Shown: piece after piece, positions 1 through 12,705 of the stretch
Numbering within the stretch: the first letter of the stretch is position 1
Layout of the letters: each line of letters opens with the position of its first letter
Origin: the human T2T-CHM13v2.0 reference genome, Homo sapiens
NCBI RefSeq assembly: GCF_009914755.1
Contig: NC_060925.1
Length of the DNA: 64,000 nt
Direction: 5' to 3' (one strand)
Made by a program: the position numbers and the translations under genes
The notes under the pieces: model-generated
The model's input: only the letters and a program-made list of their open reading frames with translations
The model's database searches: none
Told to the model about the DNA's origin: nothing

Positions 1-563
<563 letters not shown>

Positions 564-591
564 TATGCAGCTTTAAAAAACCCCAATTCTT

Positions 592-765
592 AATACAAAA
601 AATTAGCTGGGTGTGGTGGCGAGCGCCTGTAATCCCAGCTACTCGAGAGGCTGAGGCAGGAGAATGACGTGAACCCGGAAGTGGAGGTTGCAGTGAGCCA
701 CGATCATGCTACTGCACTCCAGCCTGGGCGACAGAGCAAGACTCTGTCTCAAAAAAAAAAAAAAA
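592..765 (+). mobile_element. Alu right arm (5'-truncated)
   Basis: Starts at the linker aatacaaaaaattagc and ends in poly-A. Confidence 0.92.
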
Positions 766-782
766 CCCACAACCCCAGTTCT

Positions 783-1048
783 GGCCGGGCGCGGTGGCTT
801 ATGCCTGTAATCCCAACTGTTTGGGGAGGCCAAGGTGGGTGGATCACTTGAGGTCAGAAATTCGCACCTGGCCAACATGGTGAAACTCCATATCTACTAA
901 AAATACAAAAATTAGCCTGGCATGGTGGTGGGCACCTGTAATCCCAGCTACTCAGGAGGCAGAGGTTTCAGTGAGCGGTGATCACGCCACTGCACCTCCA
1001 GCCTGGGCAACAGAGTGAGACTCTGTCTCAAAAACAAAACAAAAAAAA
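783..1048 (+). mobile_element. AluS with internal deletion
   Basis: ggccgggcgcggtggct... to A-rich tail. Confidence 0.92.
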
Positions 1049-2969
1049 CCTGGTTATTCTGAATCACAGTCTTTTAAGGCTGGGCCAAAGGCTACACTCC
1101 AAAGGCTGAGAAACACTGTAGCAAGCACTCAAATGCTTGCTAAATTTAATTGAGTTTAGAGAAACTCAGACCAGCCCCATCACAGATGTGCAGGATTTCC
1201 AGCCTTGGGGCTGTAAGGCAAATGAGCTCGCACCTTCCCCCAAGTGATGCTCTGTAGGAAACAGCTTGTAATCATTGAGAAGGTGTCCATTACCCCATGT
1301 TTGGGTGTTTCTGCTCATTTCCTCTGTATCTGGTTCCCTGAACACCTGATATTTCCTGATGTGAGGCCAGACTAACTGGGATCCGTTACCGCCTGTGGCA
1401 GAATCTTCGGTGACAGTCCCTGCCTGTCCCCCTTGGCCCAGCAGCCAGTACATTTTTCCTCTGTGGTGATAATCAGGGCATGTATGTGACTCTAAACCAA
1501 GTTCACAAGACTTGAAATGACTTACAGATCATTTTACAAATGAGGAGCAGGTCCAGGAAACATAGCCAGCTAGTGGCAGAGCAAGTAGAAGAACCTAATC
1601 TTCCTGTGCTCTTCGTATCCACTCTGAACCCCGTCCATTCTTCTGAATGCCCTGGGCTGGAATTGTGATGATACATGATGGATACATGGGAAACTCCTGA
1701 GCTGCATGTCTTTAAGGCCACTGTGAACTAAAATACCCCTGAATGCAGTCTTGGCTTGCTTTCTGCAGAATGTCCCTGTAAAGGGTACCTGAGACAGCTG
1801 CAGATCAACATGACAAGATGTTCTCAGCTCACTGCTTTTATTTCACACACATCTGAAGCTCCAGAGCCAGAGAAGAGGCTGTGGAGAGATGCATACCTAA
1901 TAAGCACCGAGGGACAGCTGCCTGGCCCTTCTAGATGGAAGGGAGTCATGTTGGTCCTCAGAGAAATCAAGGCACCCATCTTTAGCACCTTCACTCCTCC
2001 CCCAACTGCATCTGCCCCTCCTCTCAATCCCCCATACTCACTCCCCTCAAGCTGCCCTCTTGCTGCCTTCATCCCTGCCCCCTCAGTATTCCATCCAGAC
2101 CAGCCCTCCCCCAGGGTACCATGCTCTAACATTATCTCTCACACCTTCCCCAGGTCCCCATCAAAACACCCATTTCTTTAGTCAAGGTGTTTGGACAGCA
2201 GTCTGATTAAACTATAGGACAAATTGCTTCAGAAATTCAGACTTGTCATCCCACTTTGAATAGGTGGGGAGCAAGCCCCTGACTCTAGGCATTTGGATGC
2301 CCAGTTGTTAACTGCACTGGTAGATACTTTGTCTCTAGTGTGTCCCAGACATTTCCTGACCACATTTCTTTATGCTGAACTGAAAATCTTGTGATCTTGT
2401 TTCAAGGTTGCATTGATTTGCATCTATCTCCTATCCCCCACTCCAACCCATTTGCTTATTTCCATAGTTTCTGTAGGCAGGTTTTCTCTTGCTAGTTATC
2501 TTGCCACCTTTGCCTCCTAAAGAGCCCTTAAATTGGCTTCCGGGCAGCAATCTATCCTTTTCTTTCTGGAAAATAGCCCAACCCCTGCAGCCTACCTCTC
2601 CTACCAGCCTCAGACTGCACTCACCTTCCCCCACTGTCCACAGCAGGAAGGACAGATGACAGGAGGAGGCTCACTTTTGCTGCCATTGCAAAAACCTCGA
2701 GCAGCAGCTGCTTTGTCACTCAATTCAGAAGCTCCTTCCTGGTGTGAAAGGTATTTTGCAATTATGCATAGTTACTCACAGTTACCCATTAACAGAAACC
2801 TTTCAGCTCCTTGCCAGCTTCATCTTAAATGCTTTTTCCTTTCTCCCTTCAGAAGTCTTTATAAGCATACGGTATTTAGGAAGGTCTCCTTTGCCAATAT
2901 ATACAGTATTATATAAATTACAACATGGAGTGACTAACTAGTGGCTCTCCCTCTAAGGATTTTACCACC

Positions 2970-3248
2970 GAATCCAAATATATTTCACTGATTGCATCTA
3001 GGCAGCTATAGGAGTGTTTTATAGGTTGCTTTTTTTTTCCCCCAGGGGGAAGTGGCTGGAAGGTGGCACAGGATATGTTCTCTCTTAAATCATATTACCA
3101 CTCAACCAAGGATACATCTATTGTGTATCCAGCCTCCCACCTCCTTTCCTTCAATGGGAGGATTGGTAAGAGCTTAAAGCTGAGGCCCCTCTGGAGACCC
3201 CTAGGTTCGTAACCAAAAGGGACCAGGATGGATGGGGTTTCCCACTTA
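2970..3248 (+). repeat. Local duplication, copy 1 (279 bp)
   Basis: Collinear with 5065-5343, roughly 85% identical by eye. Confidence 0.92.
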
Positions 3249-3264
3249 TGATAATAATACCAAC

Positions 3265-3490
3265 AATAACAACTATGATATGAGTGCCTGCCAGATACTA
3301 GGCACTGTGCTAGCACTTAACATACGTTATCTACTTTAATCTTCCTAATAGCCCTTAGAATATACATAATTATCTCTGTTCTACAGGTGGAAAAAAAATG
3401 AGACTTTTGAACATAAAGACTCTTAGTTAAGTTTGCATATTTCATGGTAGAGCCAAGACGCCAACCCAAATCTGTCTGATTTTAAAGCTA
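3265..3490 (-). mobile_element. MIR
   Basis: ggcactgtgctagcactt...tttaatcttc...aacccaaatctgtctga is the reverse MIR core. Confidence 0.7.
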
Positions 3491-5064
3491 CCACCCACCT
3501 ACCCTGGATATTGGTTCGGAGTCAACTAGGGCCCTAAAACTAGTGAACATGGTGCCCCACCCTTTCCTGAAGCCTGGCATTTGTGGCCTGGGAACTGATG
3601 GGAGAGTATGAACATCTGAGGGCGGGCAAGTTTCTCCAAGGCCCTCCCTCAGATGGGGGAAGATGGGGAATCAAAGGTTCTCATTTTCCCTCCAACCACC
3701 TCCAGCAGTGTCATCCCAAACACGCCTGATTCTGCTGTATGTAATTAACGAGGAATGACTGCCCAGCCATTTGATTTCTAATTGCCACATAACATGAAAG
3801 TGACAATGCAGATGATTACATGTGTCAGATGAACTTGGTTGTAAGTTTTATTTAAACACTAAATTCTTTGGCTGTGCACTCAGCCTTTGTATTACTCACG
3901 TAGCAAGGTTGTCGGCTCTTCATTTAAAGAGGAAGAGATGGCAGGGGTGCCGTCAACTGTTCTGATGAGAGCAGGTCCTTCCTGGCTCTCCCTGTGTGCC
4001 AGGCCTTGGACCCTGGGCTCCTTGGTGGGGTGAGGGTGGTTAGGGAGGGTGGCACTGGAGCAGAGTAGACCATGGCAGGTTAGTGCTTATGGACCAGGTA
4101 AACCTCTTCCCAGGAGGGACGTGAATCTGCACAGCTTGTGGTCTCCCTACTCCCATGGAATCAAGGAGGACTTCCTGGGGAAAATGGGATGTTTTGAAGA
4201 ATCTGTTGAATGAAAGAGTGAAGAAGATGATCTGGGATATTAGAAATGATAATATTTCTCTGAATAAAGGTTTTACACACAAAATATGGGCACCACATAA
4301 CCTGATCAGAGCTGAAACTTAGCCATCCATGATATTTACATCCTGCCCACTGTTCAAAACCAGGAATCCTTTTTTGCGGGCTTTTCATTCAAGGGAAGAG
4401 GCTCAGATATCACACAGTTATCACTGACACCCGCCCCCATCGAAAATAATTATTCAGGGATTCTGAGAGCCAACGTAATTAGTCCAATTAATCTCTAGCG
4501 ATGAATTATTCTGTCCGATAATCGTCTTCGGAAGCAAAGGATTCATTAGCGTCTCTGGCTGACAGCAGGGAGTCAAATGTCCTTTTATCTCTCTTCCCTG
4601 TCCCTGATATGATAGAATGAAATTGGCTCTCACTTTGATAAATTCTGTCTCTATTGAAAAGGAGGTTGGTTAGGGCAGCAGCAGAGGCTGGGACCTAGGT
4701 TACTAGACGTGTTGCCTGCTCCACATGCACTGCTGACCTTGAGTTTAAGGCCTCAGTTTATCCCATGGAAACATGGGGAGACTTGAGTGCAAGCTTTGTG
4801 ATCAGTTATCAAATTAACCAGGTACCTTCATGGGCTTCCAAGAGGCAGTTAATCCCAGCACACACCCTGGAAGAACATGCCCTTCTCTGCTGAGCATTCT
4901 CAACGAATTCTAAAGAAGTCCTCCACCTTTTTGTAGGAACTTACTTTACATAATTTAGTCATATTGAAGGCACTAAGTGATGAGTAGAACCCAAGGTGCC
5001 TATTGAGGTGCCCATCAAAATTCCAACTTTTACTGCACAAATTATAGGATACGAATCCAATTAT

Positions 5065-5343
5065 GAATCCAAATGTATTTCACTGATTGCATCTAGGCCG
5101 CTACAGGACGGTTTTATAGGTTGCTTCTTTTTTCCCAGGGGGAAGTAGCTGGAAGGTGGGACAGGATATATTCTCTCTTAAATCATGTCACCACTCAACC
5201 AAGGATACATCCATTGTGTATCCAGGCCCCAGCTCCTTTCCTTCAATGAGGTGGAGGATTGGTAACAGCTTAAAGCTGAGGCCCCTCCAGAGACTCCTAG
5301 GTTCATAAGCAAAAGGGACAGGATGGACAGGCTTTCCTACTTA
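5065..5343 (+). repeat. Local duplication, copy 2 (279 bp)
   Basis: Collinear with 2970-3248 at offset 2095. Confidence 0.92.
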
Positions 5344-5349
5344 CAAGAG

Positions 5350-5546
5350 TAGCATTCTTGCCTGTTCTGGGGGTTGTTTTTAATTGTCTTGCTGGAGCAC
5401 ATATACCCTTTCCTTATGGTACATAAGCCCTGACTCTAGGGGTAACACATATGGAGATCTACCTGTCCTGTGGCCGCCCAAGACCACGCTTCTGTTTGTA
5501 CCTTCCCCTAATAAAGCACCTTTTATTAAATACAACAACAACAAAA
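5350..5546 (+). mobile_element. ERV1-class LTR fragment (MER4/MER39-like U3-R) ending in AATAAA and an A-rich tail
   Basis: ataagccctg...ggagatctacctgtcctgtggccgcccaagaccacgcttctg...cccctaataaa is typical of this LTR group; subfamily uncertain. Confidence 0.6.
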
Positions 5547-5642
5547 TCTCAACCTAAGCTTTGAGAGAGATGTGCGATTGGGGGAGTGCGGTGGAAGCTC
5601 TCCTAGGGGCCTCAGAGCAGCTGGGTTGGAGATTCTGCTCCC

Positions 5643-6602
5643 CAGAGTGTGTCTATTTCCTCCATGGCCTGTCTGTGGCAGAGTGCTGGCTATTTCCTCC
5701 GTGGCCTGTCCGTGGCAGAGTGTGTCTGGTTCCTCCGTGGCCTGTCTGTGGCAGAATGCTGGCTATTTCCTCCGTGGCCTGTCCATGCAGTGTGTGTCTG
5801 TTTCCTCTGTGGCCTATATGTGGCAGAATGTGTCTATTTCCTCCATGGCCTGTCTGTGGCAGAGTGCTGGCTATTTCCTCTCTGGCCTGTCCGTGGCAGA
5901 GTATGTCTATTTCCTCTCTGGCCTGTCCGTGGCAGAGTATGTCTATTTCCTCTCTGGCCTGTCTGTGGCAGAGTGCTGGCTATTTCCTCTCTGGCCTGTC
6001 CGTGGCAGAGTATGTCTATTTCCTCTCTGGCCTGTCCGTGGCAGAGTATGTCTATTTCCTCTCTGGCCTGTCTGTGGCAGAATGCTGGCTATTTCCTCCG
6101 TGGCCTGTCCATGCAGTGTGTGTCTGTTTCCTCTGTGGCCTATATGTGGCAGAATGTGTCTATTTCCTCCATGGCCTGTCTGTGGCAGAGTGCTGGCTAT
6201 TTCCTCTCTGGCCTGTCCGTGGCAGAGTATGTCTATTTCCTCTCTGGCCTGTCCGTGGCAGAGTATGTCTATTTCCTCTCTGGCCTGTCTGTGGCAGAGT
6301 GCTGGCTATTTCCTCCATGGCCTGTCCGTGGCAGAGTGCTGGCTGTTTCCTCCATGGCCTGTCTGTGGCAGTGTGTGTCTGTTTCCTCTGTGGCTCGTCC
6401 GTGGCAGAATGTGTCTATTTCCTCTGTGGCCTGTCTGTGGCAGAGCGCTGGCTATTTCCTCCGTGGCCTGTCCGTGGCAGTGTGTGTGTCTGTTTCCTCC
6501 TTGGCCTGTCCGTGGCAGAGTGCTGGCTATTTCCTCCGTGGCCTGTCCGTGGCAGTGTGTGTGTCTGTTTCCTCCGTGGCCTGTCCATGGCAGAGTGCTG
6601 GG
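5643..6602. repeat. Minisatellite/VNTR, about 26 units of 36-37 bp (GTGGCAGAGTGCTGGCTATTTCCTCCGTGGCCTGTCY and variants)
   Basis: Directly visible tandem array; accounts for the three overlapping repetitive ORFs at 5561-6730. Confidence 0.97.
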
Positions 6603-6873
6603 CTCCAGGTCAGCAGGTCTTTGCTTTCCTGGTCTCAGGCTCTCTTCCCCAGGAAAATGAACATTACACATGGGTACGAGATTTTGCATATCACTTCAGT
6701 GAGTTTCTAGACCCTCTGTTAACCCTCTAGACCCTCTGCATGAATAACTCCAGATATTATAATACATTGATCCTGTTCTTGAGGAACTTAAAATCCAGGA
6801 AGTGAAGCTTGGGGAGGGGGAGTTGTTAATGTTAACGGTTCAGCACAACAGAAAGGAGGTGGTGTGATAATGG

Positions 6874-7072
6874 AGTGGGTCTTAATGGCATTTTGGGTCA
6901 GTTAATTCTTTGCTATAGAGGGCTGTCCTGGGCATTGTAAGATGTTCAGCAGCATCCCTGCCCTCTACTCACTAGATGCCAGTAACACCCCCTCCCAAGT
7001 CATGAAAGTCAAAAATGTCTCCAGACATCACCAAATGTCCCCTGAGGGGCAACATCTCTGTTGAGAACCACT
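6874..7072 (-). mobile_element. MER20 (hAT-Charlie DNA transposon)
   Basis: cagcatccctgccctctactcactagatgccagta...aaaaatgtctccagacat...gttgagaaccact matches reverse MER20. Confidence 0.85.
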
Positions 7073-8904
7073 ATAATAGAGGCACCGTAGTATGCTGAGC
7101 CTCAGCGGAAGGTGTGGTCATTTCTGGGTGGAAGGACCAGAGAAGCCTCCCTGGAAGAAGTGGTCTGAGGTTTAGGAAGCAAACCAAAAGGCAGACTTTT
7201 TTATTTTGTTTTGGTCAGCTTTTTATCCCTAGAGTCTAATATGGTGTTTGGCACATAGAAAGTGCAGAGAATGCTCATCAAGTACGTAAACAAACAAATG
7301 AATGAGGAAGGGTTGAACATGCAGAAAATGGAAAGGGAAATGCATTCCAGATTAAAGGACTAGCATCAGCAAAAGCTCAGAGGTGGAATGAACAGGTGTC
7401 TCTAGGGAATCACAGGCAGCCCAGTCCCTGTTCCATGGATAAGGAACAGAATAGCGGCTTGTATGACCCTGGCTTAGGACGCCGTGGAATCGCCTTTTCT
7501 GGAGATGCTTAAGAAAAGTTCTGCCTGAAGGAAAGGAAAAGGAGTGGTTTATAGAACTGCCCACTAATTGATCACAACTCCGTCCTGATAAACATGGCCA
7601 TGGTCTTGGAATATTTCTCAACACAGCCCTCTAAGAAGTTACTACCAGTCATTTGGAGTTGGAATGCCAGTTGCACCTGTTTAACTCCCTGACTGTGGTC
7701 TAGAGACCTCATGTCAGAACTGGGGGCTGCTGTTCTGCTTGAAGCCAGCCCAGAAAGGGAGGCATTAGCCTCTCTTGGTCATTCTTCACGCTTTGTGTGT
7801 GGCTCCATTTTCCAGGCCATATCTCTTTTCCCTTTACCCTGCCCCATTCCTTCTCTGCTGTTGAGCTGCCTTGTGGCTGAGTTCTCGTCTCCCTGCTGTC
7901 TCACCCGTTATTCAACGAGCCTGTGTTATGTGCCCTGGAGATACAGCCATGGACACACCAGAGTTGCTGCTTATCAGGTGTGGATATAGAGAAGCAGGCA
8001 GGCAATTACATTACAACGTGGTGAATGCTGAGTTGTGGGTAACAGAGGCTGCTGTAGGGCAGAGCAGTGTCACCTAACAGCTGGTTGAGGAAGGCTTTGG
8101 GACCTTTTTAGGAAAAGACCCACTGAAAGTAGGGTGCTCAGGTGGAGTGACAGATAGCTCCAGTTTATAAATCTGGAATGGTGAGTTTTACTGTAGTTTT
8201 TTCAATGTGTGTTAAAGAGTTGTGTGTCCAGTAAAATATATATGTCTGCCTTTCCAGGGAAAATCACTGTGACTCCTTGGTAACAGGAGTTTGTAATGGT
8301 CTGGAAAATGCAGGAAAATCTTTAGAGTGAGTTCCTGGTCTCCATTAAAAGCATTTATGGTGTCTAGGGAGCCATTTCCCCCTGATTTGTGTCTGACAGG
8401 GGAGCACTGAGGCTGAGATATCAGGGAGGAAGACAAAGGCTCACATATGTGACAAGTCAGGTGTTCACTGGGAACACGGCATGGAACAGGGCTATCTCTA
8501 AGTCTGTCTGTAGGTAGGATCAGAGGCAGAGCCCTGCAGTGGGCACCTACAGAGAGAGAAGAATGAAAAGCATGGCCTGTGCCTCCAGGGAGTCAAGCCA
8601 GACACTTACCAAATCAGGAGAAACTGGCAGAGATAGTAGCTGCTGGTATTTGAGAGGCAGAAGGCAAGAGTTGAGACAATAAGCCAATAGGGAAGTGGGG
8701 TGAGAGGGATTGCATGAGATTTCCCAAAGGAAGTGAGCTGTAGAGATGGGATGGAATGGGATGGCAGGGCAGGAGAGAGAAGGCTATAGGGTGGCAAATG
8801 GAGACATGAGGCTGCCTCCCTGTCCATCTCTTAACCAGAGGACTGGGAGGCGGGACAAGTATGGCAGGTGAGTGGGTGGAGGGGGTGCCATCTGACTATG
8901 TGCC

Positions 8905-9700
8905 CAGGGGATGCATTTGTTTAGCAGGCCTTTATGGAAGGCCTACAACATATCAGGCACTGTGCCAGGTGCTAGGCATTCAAAGATAAATAGCATATGG
9001 CCTTTGCCCTGAAGGCAGATGGATGTGTAAAGAGGTGTGGGTGATCAAGTGATACGCAGGCTGTGGTAGAAGTCTGTTACAGGCTGCAGCAGGGACCCTA
9101 AGGAAGGAATAGTGATTTCTACCAAGAGGAGGGGCCAGATGAAAGGCAGCCTGCATTCTCCATGGGAGGAGGCTGAATGGAGGCTGCTCACTCACCATCA
9201 CTCGGGCAGCATTTCCTGGGCAGCTGCTGTGTGCTGCCCAGTGCTGCGAGGGTGTGGATGGAGCTACATAAGGGATGTAGTGTCTAGTGGAGGAGACAAG
9301 ACCAGCAGGCAAAAGGAGTTGTCACTGCAAAGGCAGTATGTGATCGTTGATGAGAGGGGCTCAGAGATCAAATGTTCCAGAGCTTGAAGGGGAGTGATCT
9401 CTGGAGTGGCCAAGGAAGGCTTCTTGGAGGAGGTATGACTGGAATTGGGCATTGAGGGCTGGGGAGAAGTGCCCCAGCAGGGACGGTCTTTTAGATGGAA
9501 GCCGTAGGAGGGATGGAGGAAGCAAAGATGCAGCCAGGCATCGGCCTGAATGGGCAGGAGTATGTGGGACACTCATGGAAGATCAGGCCAAAAATGTCTG
9601 TAGAGGGTCTTGTATGTCAGGTCAAGGACTCAAATGCCATCTGAGAGATGCTGAAGTCTCATGGTGCAGAGACTCAAGTTTGCATGGATAAGATGTGCTT
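8905..9700 (-). mobile_element. L2 fragments (degenerate)
   Basis: caggcactgtgccaggtgctagg; ggccaaggaaggcttcttggaggaggtatga; typical antisense L2 3' motifs. Confidence 0.5.
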
Positions 9701-9919
9701 TTAGACACCTTGGGGGCTGGGGGCTGGGGGCAGGACCTGTCTGAAGCCATCTCAGCCATCCCCCGGCCTCCAGCCAGGGCTTGGTGCTCCTGTACAAAAT
9801 TCTGTCTCCACAGTGTGTCCCCCAGTTTGGCTTCCTGGTGGGGGAGGGGACACACACAGACATCAATTCAGTCAAGACTCTGCTCACGCCTGTCCCCAGG
9901 AGCAAAGCCTTGGCCCGCT

Positions 9920-9933
9920 GTTCCCATGGCAAC
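9920..9933. promoter_or_regulatory. RFX X-box GTTCCCATGGCAAC
   Basis: Consensus match in non-repeat sequence; occupancy not shown. Confidence 0.45.
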
Positions 9934-12519
9934 CGCCAGTCAGTGCTGAGCAAAGGAGGGTGCCAGAACACGGAGAGCTGGAGGGGACCAGCAGCCCCCT
10001 AGTCATCACAGTCATCACTGAGAACTCCCCCAGTTGGGGTGTAGAGGCATAGGGGAAGTCAAAGCAATGGCTGGGAAACCTTGAGGGCAAAGGGACTCCC
10101 TTTGTTCTTTGAAGGAGGGAAAGGAAGTGCTGAATGGAGCCAGGCAGCTGATTTCCCATCGCTTCTCTCATCCCTCCTTCTGAGCCTAGGGTGCCCCCTT
10201 TGCGTCCTCTGGCTCATTAAAGATAGATGACCCTGGGGAGGGTGAGGGCCGGGGTCACCAGCTGCTGGGGCTTCTTGCCCTGAGTTAGGCTGGGGATCAT
10301 TTGCAGGGAGAATGCAGCCAGGACCACCAGCCCTGGCTGCAGAGGGAGGAGGGTAAGTCTGGGAAGCTGGCCCCAGTGGGTGATCAGCAACATGTCCCTA
10401 AGAATAGGTACATGCTATTGACAAAGATGAGAAGTGAACCGGGAGCCGTAAATAGCCAGGAGCCTGTGTTCTCTGGGCTCTGTGTTCTGTCGGTTGCTTA
10501 TTCATTGAAAGTCAGGGATGGGCGAGATGCAGTCTCCAGAGTGACGCAGTGGGACGAGCCCTGGAGCTGGAGACAGAGAAGCTGGGTTCTAATCCCAGCC
10601 CTGCTGCTTTGTAACTGAGACCTAAATCAAATTGCTTATCAGTCTCTTCAGCTGCCAAACGAACCAAGAAGCTGCCTCACAGGATTACTGAAAGGCTCAC
10701 ACAGCAGGAGGAATGTGAAAGAAGCTGGCACACAGTAGGCATTTGCCTCCTTGCTTCCAAACGTAGAGGGACAGTAGAGATCGTCTGCCAAAAGGGTTCA
10801 TATATCCAAAAGGCAGGGTTGGCCAGACCCTGAGTGCTCATGTCGCTTGTCCACTGCCTCCTCTGGAGAGCCTCTGGCTAAGCCTAGCTTTGGCCCAGCT
10901 CTTAAGTTGCCCCGGGACCAGCCTCTTCCATGCTCAGGCCTCTTGGCCCCCCTGGATGGGCTCAGGGCAAAAGGTGAACAGCAAATGCCATCAGGCTTTT
11001 CCCTGTGTACCCAGAGCCATGCTCTCCCCATGCCTGCTCCTCCACCGAGGGCTCTCTTAACAGCTTTCTCCTCTCCGGGCCCTTAGCTTAGGGCCTCACT
11101 TCACCTTTGCCCTGTGTATAGTTCCGGGTTCAAGCTGAACTTTATTCAGCACACGAGGTGGGGGCTTCCTCCTGTCACCCCACCTCTGCCCTTGTCCGAG
11201 GGCTCCAGCCATGCTGGGTTCTTCCCAGAACTCCAACACATTTGACCAGCCAGGGGGAAAAGGGGGTATGGGGAAGGCACTGGGGCTCTGTCCTGGAAAG
11301 ATGTGTTGTCGCTGAACTCAGGTGCAGCTTTGTAGCTTGGCAGACCTGGAAAATCTCTCTAGGGCATGTTTGTTTCCTGGGAATTTGGCTCTATTTACTT
11401 GGGGACCAATCCGAAGGTGCCTGGTGACTGCAGCATGGTGCCTGGGCCACCGTGGGCTGGATGCAGGCCCTGGAGGGCTTGGGCAAGGGCTGAGAGAAGG
11501 CCTGGCTGCCTCCCAGGCATTCCCTGACCTCCACTCCATTGCCTCTTCTTGTACCTTCCTGGTCTCACTTTGATAGGGGTCCAAAGGCTCCCCAGAGCAG
11601 TCCCAGGCCTGAGACCCCACCCTGCCACCACCCCGGCAGGAGCTCCGGCTGCACCGCTGGTTCTGGAGAAGGCCCAGCACATCTCCTCCTGCTCATTCCC
11701 TTTGCTTTCCTCTTCGTATCCCTGCCCTACTCTCAGGAGAGCAGAAATGGGGCTGATTCCTTCTCTAAGAAGGAGAAACTGAAGCCCACAAAGGCTGAGC
11801 GGCTTGCTCCTGGGCATCGGAAGAAGCGGGGACTGGAATCCAGGGGTCTCTGCATCCAGCCTTGCACTTCCCTTCCAGATACATGGGGGCCAGGTAGTGG
11901 GGACAGGGCAGACTCAGGGAGTGGGAGTGGGAGCCTCCGGTCCCACACATGTGTTACCCATGAAGGAGAGGGTGGGGTTGGGAGAGGATGGGAGCAGGAG
12001 AGGGTGGGAGCGGGAGAGGGAGTGGCCCTGAAGCTCTGCTTTTGGCTGCAGCTGGTTCCCAGGCTCCTGCATTGGAATCGGGCGGAAGAGGAGGATTCTG
12101 AATGATCTGATTAGGCAGTCGAGAGCAGCCATGGATCTTGGCAAGCAGGCGACACAACCTGCCTGCCAGACGCTCTAGGAAGGTTCTTCCGAGGCCAGAA
12201 GCTTTACAGGTTTCAGAGCTGGGACAAAGCCCAATGAGGAGAAAGGGCTCCCTCGAGGAAGCATTGGACAGGAGCAGTGACTGCCAGTGAGGCCTGGACT
12301 GGCTGGCAGCCCGATGTCTTGGAGGTGGAGAAATGCTTGGCCTGGCTGGTGGCCCATGACTCCCTGTCTTCTGGCAGTTCTGTATCTCATTCATTGCCTG
12401 CAGTGGAGGACAGGCTTCATTCTGTGAGCTGTGAGGAGCGTGATTCCAGCATGAGTCAGGAAGGGCCTCCTGGCGTCCGCCTCTGTTGTCTTTTTGGTCA
12501 TGTATCATTCATTTTGGAA

Positions 12520-12705
12520 AAAGCACGGACTTCAGAGAAGACTGGGATTCAGATCCCTACCCTACAAGCCGTGTGACCTTAGGAAGTTAACTGACCTCTC
12601 TGAGCCAAACATCTATAAAATCGGAGTACTCATACTTACCTCAGCCGCTGCATTGCAAGGACAGAATACATATTCGTGTTTCGCACCATGCCTGGCGCAC
12701 ACTCG
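12520..12705 (+). mobile_element. MIR
   Basis: tgtgaccttaggaagttaactgacctctctgagcc...ctataaaat...tgcctggcgcac. Confidence 0.7.

Noticed and set aside
1901-1922. RE1-like TAAGCACC-gag-GGACAGCTGCC
   Set aside because: 3-nt spacer instead of 2 and an imperfect left half; too weak without ChIP data.
5643-6602. CRISPR-like array (36-37 bp periodicity)
   Set aside because: Units are head-to-tail with no unique spacers, there are no cas genes, and the DNA is human.
5561-6730. Three overlapping 350-390 aa Cys/Trp-rich ORFs
   Set aside because: By-product of a stop-free 36/37-bp minisatellite; mixed unit lengths shuffle the frames; no splice or promoter support.
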